Below, in pieces: positions 1-10,700 of a stretch of DNA of 64,000 nt. The stretch is taken from IMG/VR virus record IMGVR_UViG_3300031578_000001; one strand, 5' to 3'. This DNA is from a virus. Every line of letters starts with the position of its first letter. Positions within the stretch are counted from its first letter, which is position 1. The notes under the pieces were generated by a model. It was not told the DNA's origin and did no database searches. It saw only the letters and a program-made list of their open reading frames with translations. A program made the position numbers and the translations under genes.

Positions 1-1
1 G

Positions 2-199
2 GCCCAGCCTTCCCAGGGGAACGAGTCCAACGACGACTCGATGATGAAGCGTATCACCGACAAGGTGATGAGCTTCAAGGGTTACGCTTCCCCGGGGAGC
101 TCTCCTTCGGTTCCGGGTTCCAACCCCAACGTCGTGGCGGAAACAGTGGAGCCGGCCCAGGCCGCGAAGCCGAACCAGGACGAGCCCGCGGGCGGTTAA
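2..199 (+). CDS. 3' end of a head-region protein (partial, runs off window)
   Basis: Frame 2 open from window edge to TAA at 197-199; low-complexity P/S/E-rich tail; phage-like GC3 codon usage. Confidence 0.6.
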   Translation, partial: AQPSQGNESNDDSMMKRITDKVMSFKGYASPGSSPSVPGSNPNVVAETVEPAQAAKPNQDEPAGG

Positions 200-222
200 T
201 CACTGCCGATAGGTGAGCATCG

Positions 223-426
223 ATGATCGATCTCATAAAACTGGCCGAGAAGTTTAGGGACGGCACTCGTTATCTGGACGACGATGAGACCGTCCTTCTC
301 GCTTCGGCCGTCGAGACCATCGCCCTCGAGAAAGAAGCAGGAAGACTGGAGGGTGTCGACAGCGAGAAGGAGATCGTCATGCTCGGTGCGGCAATCGCCG
401 ACGCGATTTTGAGAAGGAGCTCGTGA
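223..426 (+). CDS. small acidic head-region protein
   Basis: ORF with AGGTGAG RBS-like site, tightly packed in operon upstream of capsid gene. Confidence 0.7.
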   Translation: MIDLIKLAEKFRDGTRYLDDDETVLLASAVETIALEKEAGRLEGVDSEKEIVMLGAAIADAILRRSS

Positions 427-427
427 C

Positions 428-832
428 ATGGAACTCGTCGATTTCTACAACGACCTCGTCACGAAGGAAGCGCAGATCAAGCTCGCTCACGTGCTCGAAG
501 AGTACAAAGAGCAGCCGGAGACTCTCGCGGCCTTCGACAAGACCCTGGACCTGGTGAAAAAGGCGCAGGAACTGGGCAAGATCCCCGCTCTCAATTCCAG
601 CGAAGCCATCTCCGTCGCAGTCCAGCTCGTGGAAGAGGAGAAGCTCGCGCAGGCCGCCGAGGAGTGGGAGAAAATCGGGCAGGAGGTGGCCGAGCTACTC
701 AAGGAGAACTTCGGGATCACCCAGGAAGACATCGAGAAGATCTCGTCCGAGGAAGAGGCCGACGAGTTCGGGCGCTTCTGCGCCAAACTCTGGGCCACAG
801 CCAAGACCGGCGAGAACTACCTGACGGAGTAG
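428..832 (+). CDS. acidic helical protein, possible scaffold/internal head protein
   Basis: 134 aa, E/K/A-rich, upstream of major capsid gene. Confidence 0.6.
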   Translation: MELVDFYNDLVTKEAQIKLAHVLEEYKEQPETLAAFDKTLDLVKKAQELGKIPALNSSEAISVAVQLVEEEKLAQAAEEWEKIGQEVAELLKENFGITQEDIEKISSEEEADEFGRFCAKLWATAKTGENYLTE

Positions 833-842
833 GAGACCCGAC

Positions 843-1133
843 GTGGACCCTCTCGAGCTGAACAGGATCGTCGAGAAAGCGAAAGCGGAAGCAACCGCTA
901 CCGGTGCCCTCGAGGCACCTCGTAAAGAGATCGACGCCGAGAAGCTGGGTGGTGTCCAGAAAGAGGTCGAGGATTCCGATATCGAGCGTCTCTCCGGATG
1001 GCTGGAGGATCTGGCCGAGGAGAGCGTCGAAGAGGAGACTCTCAAGAAGGAAGCCGGAGCGGAGCGAAGCAGAAACATGAACGTCGCGAAGCTTCTCGCC
1101 GCACTCGACACGCTCATGGAGGTGGGTCGATGA
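843..1133 (+). CDS. acidic helical protein, possible scaffold/internal head protein
   Basis: GTG start with GGAG RBS; ATGA overlap with next gene. Confidence 0.55.
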   Translation: MDPLELNRIVEKAKAEATATGALEAPRKEIDAEKLGGVQKEVEDSDIERLSGWLEDLAEESVEEETLKKEAGAERSRNMNVAKLLAALDTLMEVGR

Positions 1134-1507
1134 GCGACGACTCCAGGTATGTCAAAGAGGTCGGAGCGACTCTCCGGAAGCAGCAGGACCTGATCAAACA
1201 GGCCCAGGTGCGGGAAACCGACCTACAGACCAAGATCGCATCCATGCAGACCGAGATGCAGATCCACAGGGACGTGATCGATCTCGTCTCGCAGGGGATG
1301 ATTGACCCGAGCGATGCCGCCGAGAAACTCGCACTGTTCCTGGAGGATCCAGAGCAGGTCGAGGTTATCAAGCAAGCACTCGCTCTTGGCCTCGACCGGA
1401 TTCCCAGCTTGGGATCCGTCATCGAGGAAGAGTCCCTGTCCTCGGAGGACGAGGATCCCATAACCCGGATGCTGCGGGAGAACGAACCTCATCTGCGTGG
1501 CATCTGA
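1130..1507 (+). CDS. coiled-coil scaffold-like protein
   Basis: ATG at 1130 with GGAGG RBS (track ORF 998..1507); heptad-like N half. Confidence 0.55.
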   Translation: MSDDSRYVKEVGATLRKQQDLIKQAQVRETDLQTKIASMQTEMQIHRDVIDLVSQGMIDPSDAAEKLALFLEDPEQVEVIKQALALGLDRIPSLGSVIEEESLSSEDEDPITRMLRENEPHLRGI

Positions 1508-1546
1508 CGGCAATGAACCGGACATCTGAGTCCGAAGGAGAGAATC

Positions 1547-2041
1547 ATGGCCAACGACTACGACGAGAGGAAGACCACCAGCGTCGTGCGGCTGAACTCG
1601 AAACTCTCCGCAACCGACCTCGAGCACTTCGAGGACGGAGGGGTGGACATCGCGGAGGGAATCTTGATCGCCGAGGACGCGAACGGGAAGGCCAAGATCG
1701 CGGTCGTAACGGACCGTGCGGTCTTCGTGAACTTCCTCGACACCGACCACGGGTCGGTACGGGATTCCACCAAGGACGTTTTCGATCCCACGGCCCCGGT
1801 CCTGACCAGGAGCACGGGCGGGCTGACGGGGATCATCGGGCGCGAGACGCCGATCGGCCTCCACAAGTCCCTGTGGGACGGAACGCCGGCGCGGGGCGAA
1901 CTGGTGACCGTGGGAACCGTCGGAAAACCCAAAGGCGTGGCACCGGCATCGATCGCGACCACGCCCCATTTCGGCGTCATCCACCGCGTGCGCGGGGACT
2001 TCATCTGGTTCCTGTTCAAGTCGGTGGCCGGCATCGGCTAA
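1547..2041 (+). CDS. probable capsid decoration/cement protein
   Basis: 164 aa beta-rich protein immediately upstream of MCP; GAAGGAG RBS. Confidence 0.55.
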   Translation: MANDYDERKTTSVVRLNSKLSATDLEHFEDGGVDIAEGILIAEDANGKAKIAVVTDRAVFVNFLDTDHGSVRDSTKDVFDPTAPVLTRSTGGLTGIIGRETPIGLHKSLWDGTPARGELVTVGTVGKPKGVAPASIATTPHFGVIHRVRGDFIWFLFKSVAGIG

Positions 2042-2106
2042 ACCCGATCTTCGAGACGACCCCGAAAGGGTAAAGCCGAAGGTCCCAGAGAGACAAGGAG
2101 ACAACC

Positions 2107-3291
2107 ATGGACTTCACTCCCGAGAGGTTCAACGCTCTCTTCGGTGAGGCCGTCCGCAGGGGAGGTGAGTACCTCGAGAAGGTCGCCGACGCCGGGGATC
2201 TCTACGTGCAGAAGAAGCTCCGCGAGAACTCCTTCGCCCGGAAGATCATCCAGCCGAAGACCGTCACCGAGCGCGAGTGCCAGCGGTCCCTCACCGAGGA
2301 CTCCCTCGAGTACGTGGACGACATCGAGCCGGATTCGATCGCCATGCACATCAACTGGAGAGGGGAGCCGGAGAAGTCGTGGATCATGGGAAAGCGTTAC
2401 GCGATCCCGTTCCACACCATCTCCTCCGACATCTTCCAGAAGACGGAATCCGAGCTCCGGGCGTACCGGATGCCCATCACCAAGATCATCGAGCAGAACA
2501 TCATCAGGGACATCCAGGAGCAGGAGGACGTGACGTTCATGCAGCACGTCCTCGCTGCGCTGTTCTTGGCCACCCGTGCCCGCTACAACACTCTCGTGCG
2601 GCGCGGCGTCCTTTCCACCTCCAGGAACTTCGCCAACGAGACCGAGTTGGCGTGCTTCCTCTTCACCCAGAACAAGGCCTACCAGGCATCGCCTTGGGCT
2701 GCGGCCATCCCCACTTCGGCCCTCAACCGGGCCAAGGGTTTCCACAGCAACATCCTGTTCTCGGACCAGTCCGAGTTCAATCGGATCGTGCTGCGTGACC
2801 TGAGCCAGGTCTGCTCCGCCCGCGAGCTCGAGCTCAAGACCTTCCTCATGCACAAGTACGACTTCGACGCGACCATCGCGTGGTCGCTGAACGAGGCCGG
2901 CCTCGAGATCACCAGCGAGATCGTGCGGGACGGATTCAAGTACACCACGATCGGCGGTTTCACCTACGTGACGACCGTCCGCGACAACCAGCAGCTGGTG
3001 CAGCCCGGCCAGATCTTCGGTTTCCCGTCGCCCCAGTTCCTCGGGAAGTTCCTCATCCTCGACAACACCAAGTTCTTCATCAACCGGCGCGGCCGGTTCA
3101 TCGAGATGGAGGCTTGGGAGGAGATCGGCGCAGGCTTCGGGAACATCTACGGCGTCTGCTGCATCATCCTTAAGGGGGCCGAGATGACCATCCCGGTCGC
3201 TTTCCAGAACCCGTCCGATGTGGTCGGCGTCACGGGATCGCTCCGGATCATCAACGACCATACGCTCACCTCGATCCCGGCTCCGGTGTAG
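2107..3291 (+). CDS. major capsid protein (HK97-fold)
   Basis: 394 aa, strong AAGGAG RBS, extreme GC3 bias (high expression), position after scaffold/decoration genes, followed by terminator; KLRENSFARKI...DIEPDS...GKRY pattern typical of large-phage MCPs. Confidence 0.8.
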   Translation: MDFTPERFNALFGEAVRRGGEYLEKVADAGDLYVQKKLRENSFARKIIQPKTVTERECQRSLTEDSLEYVDDIEPDSIAMHINWRGEPEKSWIMGKRYAIPFHTISSDIFQKTESELRAYRMPITKIIEQNIIRDIQEQEDVTFMQHVLAALFLATRARYNTLVRRGVLSTSRNFANETELACFLFTQNKAYQASPWAAAIPTSALNRAKGFHSNILFSDQSEFNRIVLRDLSQVCSARELELKTFLMHKYDFDATIAWSLNEAGLEITSEIVRDGFKYTTIGGFTYVTTVRDNQQLVQPGQIFGFPSPQFLGKFLILDNTKFFINRRGRFIEMEAWEEIGAGFGNIYGVCCIILKGAEMTIPVAFQNPSDVVGVTGSLRIINDHTLTSIPAPV

Positions 3292-3326
3292 GATCGGGTT
3301 GACCCGTAGGGTCAGAGGCGCACTTG

Positions 3327-3370
3327 AGACAAGGCCCGTCCGCCGCGCTGGCGGCGGGCCTGTCTTTTTT
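3327..3370 (+). terminator. intrinsic terminator after MCP
   Basis: AGAC-AGGCCCG-CCGCC / GGCGG-CGGGCCT-GTCT stem followed by T6. Confidence 0.8.
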
Positions 3371-3398
3371 GTCGGGAGCAGGAGAAGGACAGGAGATC

Positions 3399-4094
3399 AT
3401 GGAGAACGTGAAGATCTACTCGGCGTCGGGGGCCACGATCGACCTGGCTCTCGACAAGATCAATCCCAGGCAGATGAAGGTCATCCAGAAGGACCAGATC
3501 ACTCCGCAGGTCCTCCAGGCTCACGGCGCCAGCATCGCCGTGGCCTCTCTGGATGGCCAGGTGATCCACGTGGGAGAACAGATCAACCCCCAGTTCCTCA
3601 TCCGGGAGTTCGGATGGCAGGTGGGAGGCGTGGAGCCCTACAAACCCTCGTCCAAGGTCGCCAGGCTCCTCGGGAAAAAGAGAGACGGTCTCGATCCGAG
3701 AACCGTGGCTCTGAGGCTCGAGAGCGAGGCCAAGGCTCAGAAGGACGCCGAGGAGACGGGGACGTCTCGGGCAGAGGTCACGAAGCTGGACATCCACACT
3801 GCCAAAAAGGCAGCCTTGAACGTGGTCGCGTCCGTGGCCGGGCACGACAGGGAGGACGGCGCAGGTGCCGAGCCTCCGACCATGCCTGTGGAGTCTGAGA
3901 TGGCCCCAGGCGAGTCCGAGTCGTCCGACCCTACCTCGGAGACCCATGAGGGGGAAAACGTCAACGGGGCGCAAGGAGACAAGGCCCAGGACGCCCGAGA
4001 AGAGGGGTCCGAGTCTGACCAGGAGCCCAATTCGACCCGGGAATCCCAGAAGGAGTCCGGTAAGAAGGGGAAGAAAGGCAAGAAGGGTAAGTAG
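3399..4094 (+). CDS. hypothetical protein with acidic/disordered C-terminus
   Basis: ATG 3399 with AGGAG RBS (track ORF starts 3324). Confidence 0.7.
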   Translation: MENVKIYSASGATIDLALDKINPRQMKVIQKDQITPQVLQAHGASIAVASLDGQVIHVGEQINPQFLIREFGWQVGGVEPYKPSSKVARLLGKKRDGLDPRTVALRLESEAKAQKDAEETGTSRAEVTKLDIHTAKKAALNVVASVAGHDREDGAGAEPPTMPVESEMAPGESESSDPTSETHEGENVNGAQGDKAQDAREEGSESDQEPNSTRESQKESGKKGKKGKKGK

Positions 4095-4120
4095 ACCCCA
4101 GGCTGTGAGGACGTTCCGAC

Positions 4121-4612
4121 ATGGAAATACGAGTCCCCAAGCCCCTCGTCCGGGAGCTCCGGGCCAAGCTTCGGGATTATCCCGAGATCAACTACGTCGA
4201 TAAGAAGGAGGAGAGTCGGGACAAGGATCTGGCCCGATGCCTCTGGGAGGCAATGGAAGATCTCAACCTGATTCCTCCTGTCTTCAATGACGACTACAGT
4301 TTCACGAACCTACCCAGGAAGGCCGTGCGGATCATCCTTGACTTGGCCGTGGTTAGAGTCCTCAACGAGGTCTCGATCTGGATGATTCGTCAGGACTTCA
4401 AGTACATTGCCGGCGACGTTCAAGTCGATATCTACAGCCGGTGGAGGTCCTACCAGCAACTCATTCCAATACTCTCCGGGGAAGTCAAAGCAGCTGCCCA
4501 GGGATTCAAGTTCAGCGAGAATACGGAGAGGGCATGGGGAGCGAATCTCACGGAGATGTATGATTCGTGGCGGGGCTTGGAGAATGCTGACTGGTTCGTC
4601 ATCAACGTATAG
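4121..4612 (+). CDS. probable head-tail adaptor (neck) protein
   Basis: 163 aa helical protein downstream of MCP; position and pattern as in neck genes. Confidence 0.55.
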   Translation: MEIRVPKPLVRELRAKLRDYPEINYVDKKEESRDKDLARCLWEAMEDLNLIPPVFNDDYSFTNLPRKAVRIILDLAVVRVLNEVSIWMIRQDFKYIAGDVQVDIYSRWRSYQQLIPILSGEVKAAAQGFKFSENTERAWGANLTEMYDSWRGLENADWFVINV

Positions 4613-4624
4613 GAAGGCGAGACT

Positions 4625-4969
4625 ATGCCAAAGCAAGAACTTCACGGAAGGGACCCTGTCGCTTTCAAGAGCAGCACGATCGCGGCCCCCGATGTCACTT
4701 TCTCGTCCTTGACCGCGACCTACTTCAAGCTGAAGAACTACGACAAGATCCAGGACGTGATCTACTGCATCGGGGCTGTAGGGACGTTTCCATCCAAGTG
4801 GGAGAAACTCTTCGCCGGAGAAGAGATCGTGGTGCCCTCGTTGGGAGCCGCGGTGGTGAGTTTCAGGAAGATGGTGTTCTTCCGGAACATAGCCAGGAAC
4901 GACGACGATTCGACCAGGACGAACGACGTGAGTGTGACCGTCGGACTCGAGGAGCGCGAAGTTCCGTAG
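4625..4969 (+). CDS. hypothetical virion protein
   Basis: ORF with RBS in structural operon. Confidence 0.6.
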   Translation: MPKQELHGRDPVAFKSSTIAAPDVTFSSLTATYFKLKNYDKIQDVIYCIGAVGTFPSKWEKLFAGEEIVVPSLGAAVVSFRKMVFFRNIARNDDDSTRTNDVSVTVGLEEREVP

Positions 4970-5133
4970 TGTCCTTCTCAGGCGGCGTTAAAAGTTCCTC
5001 TTAAAGGTCGCGCCGTACCTGAAGAAGTGACCCGGTAGCGTCGAAGTCCGATGGTGCATCTGCGAGCACGAGCGCAGTCGCCCAGGCCGGTGGTGAGTGA
5101 GCGGTCGTCCATCTCTCGTGCGCGGGCCGAACC

Positions 5134-6009
5134 ATGCAGATCACTGCAATAGAGTTCGATGAACTGAGGGTGTATCAGGCATCTCCGGAGGCCCGGGTCG
5201 TCTGGTGGTCCTTCCGTCTGACCAATCGTGATCTCAGCGGGATTCCGGTGGACATCCATCGGTCGTTCTCCCCTGATCAGGAATTCGAAAAGGTCGGTAC
5301 GGTATTGTGGCCTCAGACCTACTTCGTCGATAGCGAAGTGAACCTTGGTGACTTCTGGAGAAACGCCTACTACTCCCTCTCCGCCATGGTGGACGGACAC
5401 ACGATCGAGACCAGCAGGGAGGGTCTTTACGGCAGTCCCCCTCCGATGGTGCAGGAAATGGTAAAACAGTTCGACATCAGCCTTCAGTTCGGTGGCGATC
5501 CTGTTTTCATTTATCTGCGGCGGAGCAGGATCCGGTGTCCGGATTGCTGGGACGCCGTAAGCAAGAAGGTCACTCGAAGCAAGTGTCCGACGTGTTTCGC
5601 CACCGGATACCTGGGCGGGTTCTATTCCCCTATTCTCACTTGCGTAAAGATCAGTTCTGAGATGAAGAGCAACCAACCTGACGCTACGCTCAGAGAAGGA
5701 GCACAGACTGTTTTCAAGGCGTCGAGATTCCCAGAGGTGCGTCCCAGGGACGTAATCCGTGAGGTGAACTCCGGGAAGTTGTGGCGAATCGTGAATATCA
5801 CTCCAGTGAGAATGAACGGATATATGATCCATCAGAGTCTCGTGATGACCCGTCTCGAGACGAGCGAGATCGAGAACGATTTACCTATCCCGGAGAGTCT
5901 CGAGTACGTAATCGCACCCCACTGGTCCGACAGGATCAGGAATCACGAAGATAAAGTGGCAAGGAATGATCCTGAGAAACCAGTCACAGAAGCGAGGTTG
6001 TGGAGATGA
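5134..6009 (+). CDS. probable head-closure/neck protein with CxxC...CxxC Zn finger
   Basis: CPDCWD...KCPTCFATGYLGGFY motif; neck position. Confidence 0.55.
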   Translation: MQITAIEFDELRVYQASPEARVVWWSFRLTNRDLSGIPVDIHRSFSPDQEFEKVGTVLWPQTYFVDSEVNLGDFWRNAYYSLSAMVDGHTIETSREGLYGSPPPMVQEMVKQFDISLQFGGDPVFIYLRRSRIRCPDCWDAVSKKVTRSKCPTCFATGYLGGFYSPILTCVKISSEMKSNQPDATLREGAQTVFKASRFPEVRPRDVIREVNSGKLWRIVNITPVRMNGYMIHQSLVMTRLETSEIENDLPIPESLEYVIAPHWSDRIRNHEDKVARNDPEKPVTEARLWR

Positions 6010-6311
6010 GCGAGAATATGCCCCTGGCATGGCCCCTGAAGAAAGGCGTCGAAGAGACGATCAATAAGCAGATCGACAAGGGCGCCAAGGACTCCGAAGG
6101 GACGGACGACCCGAGATCCCAGGTTTCCGGGAACCCGGACAATGTCCCGGAGCGGGAGCCCACGGTAACCAAGATGTCTTCGGCCGAGTTCTATATCGAC
6201 GTTCAGGAGTCGGTGAGTCGGATCCTTGAGAAGAGGGCCATATGCGGGAAGGATCACGACAAGAAGAAGAGGAAGATGAAGATCCCTCCCCAGTTCCTGT
6301 CGAATAGATAG
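6006..6311 (+). CDS. hypothetical protein
   Basis: ATG 6006 overlaps previous stop (ATGA), GGAG RBS. Confidence 0.55.
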   Translation: MSENMPLAWPLKKGVEETINKQIDKGAKDSEGTDDPRSQVSGNPDNVPEREPTVTKMSSAEFYIDVQESVSRILEKRAICGKDHDKKKRKMKIPPQFLSNR

Positions 6312-6749
6312 ATGCCGCTTGCCATTCTCAGATTCACGGACCCTCCAGGAAAGGAGGAGATGCAGCGTGTCGCGGTGGATGTGACGCAGGGTATTCGTGA
6401 GTATCTGGCCGGAAATCTGAAGCATCGAAGCGGCCGACTGGAGGAGAGCATCAGGTCCGTGGCGTACGGAAGAGAGATTGTCGTAGAGTCCGATCTTCCC
6501 TATGCCGAGTCCCTTGACCGGGGATCAAAGTCGTCTAATGTCATGTGGCATTTGATAAACCGGGTCGTACCGCTAAAATTAAGAGATGGAAGAACCATAT
6601 TCCGAGCCATGACCATGGAAAGTGTCCGGCGAGGAAAATGGAGGACAAGACCGAGAATGGGAGTAGACTTCACAGGTAGAGGAATCGAGATCGCGAGGAG
6701 CAAGACTTCGTTGCGGTCCTTTCAAAATTTCATAGTGGTGAAACCCTGA
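6312..6749 (+). CDS. HK97 gp10-like neck/tail-completion protein
   Basis: SGRLEESIRSV...ESDLPYAESLDRGS resembles the gp10 'TG.L..SI...Y+..+E.G' pattern. Confidence 0.55.
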   Translation: MPLAILRFTDPPGKEEMQRVAVDVTQGIREYLAGNLKHRSGRLEESIRSVAYGREIVVESDLPYAESLDRGSKSSNVMWHLINRVVPLKLRDGRTIFRAMTMESVRRGKWRTRPRMGVDFTGRGIEIARSKTSLRSFQNFIVVKP

Positions 6750-6764
6750 GCTGGAGGAAGAACA

Positions 6765-7079
6765 ATGATTACGGAACCTCTGCAAGGTGCCGACTTGGAA
6801 TTCGCGGATTCTCTGGCGAGCATCATGGGAACTTCCGATCTGCGGAAAGTCGCTTCGGCTCCGGCCGGGACGCCAGCGGAAGGAACCAAGGCACCGGAGA
6901 GCGGCATGGTGAAGGAGGCCTCGGGAGACATGTGGGACGACATGTTCGGCATGTCCCTCCAGGATCTCATGAAGAACGCTGACTTCCGCCGCGGAGTCGA
7001 GGAAGGCCTCGAGGAGAGGCGAAGCGATTGGGAGCCCCTGCTCGTGAACTACTGGGGCTGCCTGACCGGGCAGCTGTAG
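6765..7079 (+). CDS. hypothetical acidic protein
   Basis: GGAGG RBS; operon context. Confidence 0.65.
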   Translation: MITEPLQGADLEFADSLASIMGTSDLRKVASAPAGTPAEGTKAPESGMVKEASGDMWDDMFGMSLQDLMKNADFRRGVEEGLEERRSDWEPLLVNYWGCLTGQL

Positions 7080-7080
7080 G

Positions 7081-7743
7081 ATGTCGTCGACGCCAAGTTA
7101 TGGAGATAAGGTCTCGAGGATTGGCGATTTCATTCGCTATCCGAAACGCGTACTGATCGAGGCCCTCCAGATCGGATTCAGAGAAGAGTACCTGTTCACT
7201 GATACTGAGGGTGAGAGGGTCGAGAACCCGTTCATCTACAAGACCGACGAGAACGGTGAGACGACCAAGGACAGCAGGATCGAGATCGCTGATACATGGA
7301 CAGAAGAACTCAAAGAGACGGATCCGAGACCGATCATCACGGTCAGACGGTCCGTTCTCTCGTTCAACAGGAATGCGATCGGCGGTCTTGGTTCGATAGA
7401 TCTTCCAGGCGGGAAGTGGAAGAAGTTCACTATCATGATGGACTGTCCTATCATCGCGAACTGCTGGTCGAGGAAGGACCTCGAGTCGGAAGAGATCGCG
7501 ATGGCCGTGGCCTTTTTCTTCAGTCTGTTCCGGGAAACGCATCTGAAAAGGACAAGGCTCCAGTCGCTTTCGGAGCCCTCCATCGGGGACACGACACCTG
7601 TGAAGGTGGACGCGGAGCACGAGCTTTTCGTGACCCCGGTTCAGATCATGACCACTATGACCTTGGCGTGGAAGGTAAACTATACTGCCCTCGCTGACGC
7701 GAAGGGTGTCCAAATAAACACTAACGAGAGCGGGAGATCGTGA
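7081..7743 (+). CDS. probable tail terminator/completion protein
   Basis: 220 aa directly upstream of the sheath gene. Confidence 0.5.
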   Translation: MSSTPSYGDKVSRIGDFIRYPKRVLIEALQIGFREEYLFTDTEGERVENPFIYKTDENGETTKDSRIEIADTWTEELKETDPRPIITVRRSVLSFNRNAIGGLGSIDLPGGKWKKFTIMMDCPIIANCWSRKDLESEEIAMAVAFFFSLFRETHLKRTRLQSLSEPSIGDTTPVKVDAEHELFVTPVQIMTTMTLAWKVNYTALADAKGVQINTNESGRS

Positions 7744-10700
7744 TGGCCAGCAGCAACCTTAGAACAGACCTCGAAATCATCCAGGTCTTCGAGCCCGCGT
7801 CCCCCATCGTACAGGACGCCAACAATCCATTGGTTCTGATTGGCGTGAACCGTCAGATCGTCTGGCATGAGAACACTGGCAACTTCATCGGTGGCCAGGA
7901 GAACGATCCCTTCTACTTCCCCGACCTAATCGCGGGATCGAAGGTGGAGCAACCTTCCGCCTCCGAAGAGGAGCTCCGGCCTCACGTCTTCATCTCGGGC
8001 CGCTACGGTGTGTCGGAGGTGACTCCCATCTACAACTTCGGCGTCGATCCTCCGAACATCGAATTATCCCCCACCCTCTCCGCGGTCTTCGAGATCGCGA
8101 GCGGTAACACGGGCGAGTATTCCTCCTCGTCGGGGAAGTTCGTGGACCCGAGCGCCGACTTCATCGAGGCCGAGGTGGCTCCCGGCGACGTGATCAAAGT
8201 CGACGACGTGGATGCCTTCCTCGTGACCAACCTGGTGTCCGATACCGAGATCGATGTCAGTCGGATCGACAAAGCCGATCCGACCTGGTCGGGCGATCTC
8301 TCGGCCGAGGATTCCAACGGAGACCGGATCTTCACGGATCTCGGCTATGACTTCGAGACTGCGGGCGTCATGATCGGCGATCTCATGACCGTCAAGGGCT
8401 GGGACATCCTGGCCACGGGTGATGGCATCGACTTCTCGGCGGAGGTCGTGGGAGTCCGGACCATCACGGCCGGGACCGGTTACGACTTCTCCGGCGCCGG
8501 TGTCCAGCCTCCAGTCACGGGTCCCCCGTATCAGGTGGACATCATCTGGATGCAGGACAACGATAACCCGCCGGACTGGTACCCGGCTCTCAAGGTGAGC
8601 GCGAACGTGACCACGAACACGCTTGACGCCGTGAACCTGATCACCACACCGGCATACCCCGGACCGACAGATGCCGAAGATGACAAGGTCTTCGAGATCT
8701 ACCACTACACCCAGATCGATTTGACGGGTGGGACCGTGTGGACCGATGCCAACGGCGACTGGACTGCGGACGGGATTCCGATCGCCGGCCAGAGGACTTT
8801 CAGCATCGGCGGCGGGAACCCCAATGGGATCGATTTCTCCACACTGCTCACGCTTTCGCTCTCGCGGTACAACCTGGTGGTCCACGGGATCAACGATGCC
8901 GGGGGAACCACGAACGCAAGGCCGATCTTCAAGATCATCTCCATCACGAACCCGACGACCCTCGTGGTGCAGAACTGGGACCCCGATAGGCCCCAGAACT
9001 CGACCACCGGGACGGGAACGACCTGGGAGATCTGGGACGATGGCGGAGCCGTGATCATGGGATTCCAGGGAGCGTCGATCACGGCCGAGGGTCCGGGCGG
9101 ACTCCTCGCCGCGAACGAGCGTCTGTTCACCAGCACCATCGACATGGAAGTGGCCGGTGTGGCCGTGGGCGACACGGTCTTCAGCGCGGGCGGCATGGCC
9201 ATGTTCGAGGTCACCACGGTCGGCGCCAGCGGAAATCCGGGGTATCCCGGACTCCTGAACCAGTTCGAACTGGGAGTCACCAACTTGGTACCGGGCACCC
9301 CTCCCCCGAGCTGGAACGATGGGAACTTCCCGTTCTACGTGACGGACGTGACCGAGGCGATCATGCGGGTCACGCGGGTTCTCGATGCCAACAATCTCAC
9401 AGTCCGGAACACGATGGCGAGCACGCCTCCGGAGGCTTCGGCGTTCACCGGCCTGCTCTACTCGATCACCGTGGCCGACTCGCTCTCGAGCCTGAACTAC
9501 ACGATCGAGAAGACCGTGTCTGGCGCCAACCTCACGGGCGACGTCCTCGTGACCTACACGGCCCGCAGGAACGACTCCTACACGCAACTATTCACCGTGA
9601 AGGCCGATGACTGGGAGTCTCTCCTGGGACAGGCGGTGCCGGCGAACCCCTTGGCGCTGGCTGCCAAGATCGGCACCCTGAATTCCAACTACCCCCTGTG
9701 GGTCCTCCAGGTCCCCAACGATCTGTCCCAGGACTGGACCGACACCTTGAACTACCTGAAGACGAACAGGTACTACATCCTCTGCCCCCTGACGCAGGAC
9801 GAGACGGTCCTCTCTGCCTATAGGGCGCACGTCCTGGCCCAATCGACCCCGGAGACCAAGAGGGACAGAATCCTCTTCCAGTCCCATCTCTTCGAGAGGA
9901 TCAAGACCAGGACTACCGGGTCCACCTCGACGTTCACCAAGACGGCTACGGTCACCACGATCACGGTCACGGGCGATCTCTCGGCCTACGGAGTCCTCGT
10001 GGGCGACGTGATGAAGGGGACGGCCAACGTCTCTGGAACCGAGTATGCGTTCGAAGCCAGGATTATCACCCTGATCACGGGAGCCTCCTCCATCCTGACG
10101 GTCGTGAACGACAACGGGATCGGCGGGACGCCTCCGGTCAGCGGGACCATCACGGCCTGGACCATTCAGTCCAAGGATCTCACGGACACCCAGTTCGCCA
10201 TGGAGATGGCGGAGTACGCCGAGGGGCTCGGGAACCGCAGATTCCGTAATGTGTTCCCGAGCACCTGCCAGGTGAAGTTCTCCGACCAGACCGACCCGTC
10301 CCTGGCCTCGGGACTTTACGGAGGGGGCGACGTGATCGTCGAGGTTGGTGGCCAGTACCAGGCGGCCATGTTCGCGGCCATGCGGTCCTCGCAGAAGCCA
10401 GCCCAGGCGCTCACCAAGGTCATGGGTACCGGGATCTACAAGGTCTTGAACCCGTTCGGAGACTTCTACGGAGGGGACGAGGACACCAACGACATCGTCC
10501 TGAACGGCGGTAACTGGATCGCGACCCAGGATACCGTGGGCGGCGACGTCTCGTCGGCCAGGGCGGTCACGACCGATACAAGCGATATCCAGAAGCTCGA
10601 GGACTCGGTCACGGTCCAGGTGGACAACTTCGCCAGGATCCTGCGCAAGCAGATCAAACCGTTGCTCGGACCCTTCAACATCGAGGAGACCTACTTCGAC

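Noticed and set aside
2059-2075. CCC-GAAA-GGG hairpin upstream of MCP as tRNA or ncRNA
   Set aside because: Only a 3-4 bp stem; no cloverleaf. No tRNA genes were recognised anywhere in the window.
8064-9587. 507-aa minus-strand ORF opposite the sheath
   Set aside because: Antisense shadow of a high-GC3 gene; R/G/H-rich, no motifs.
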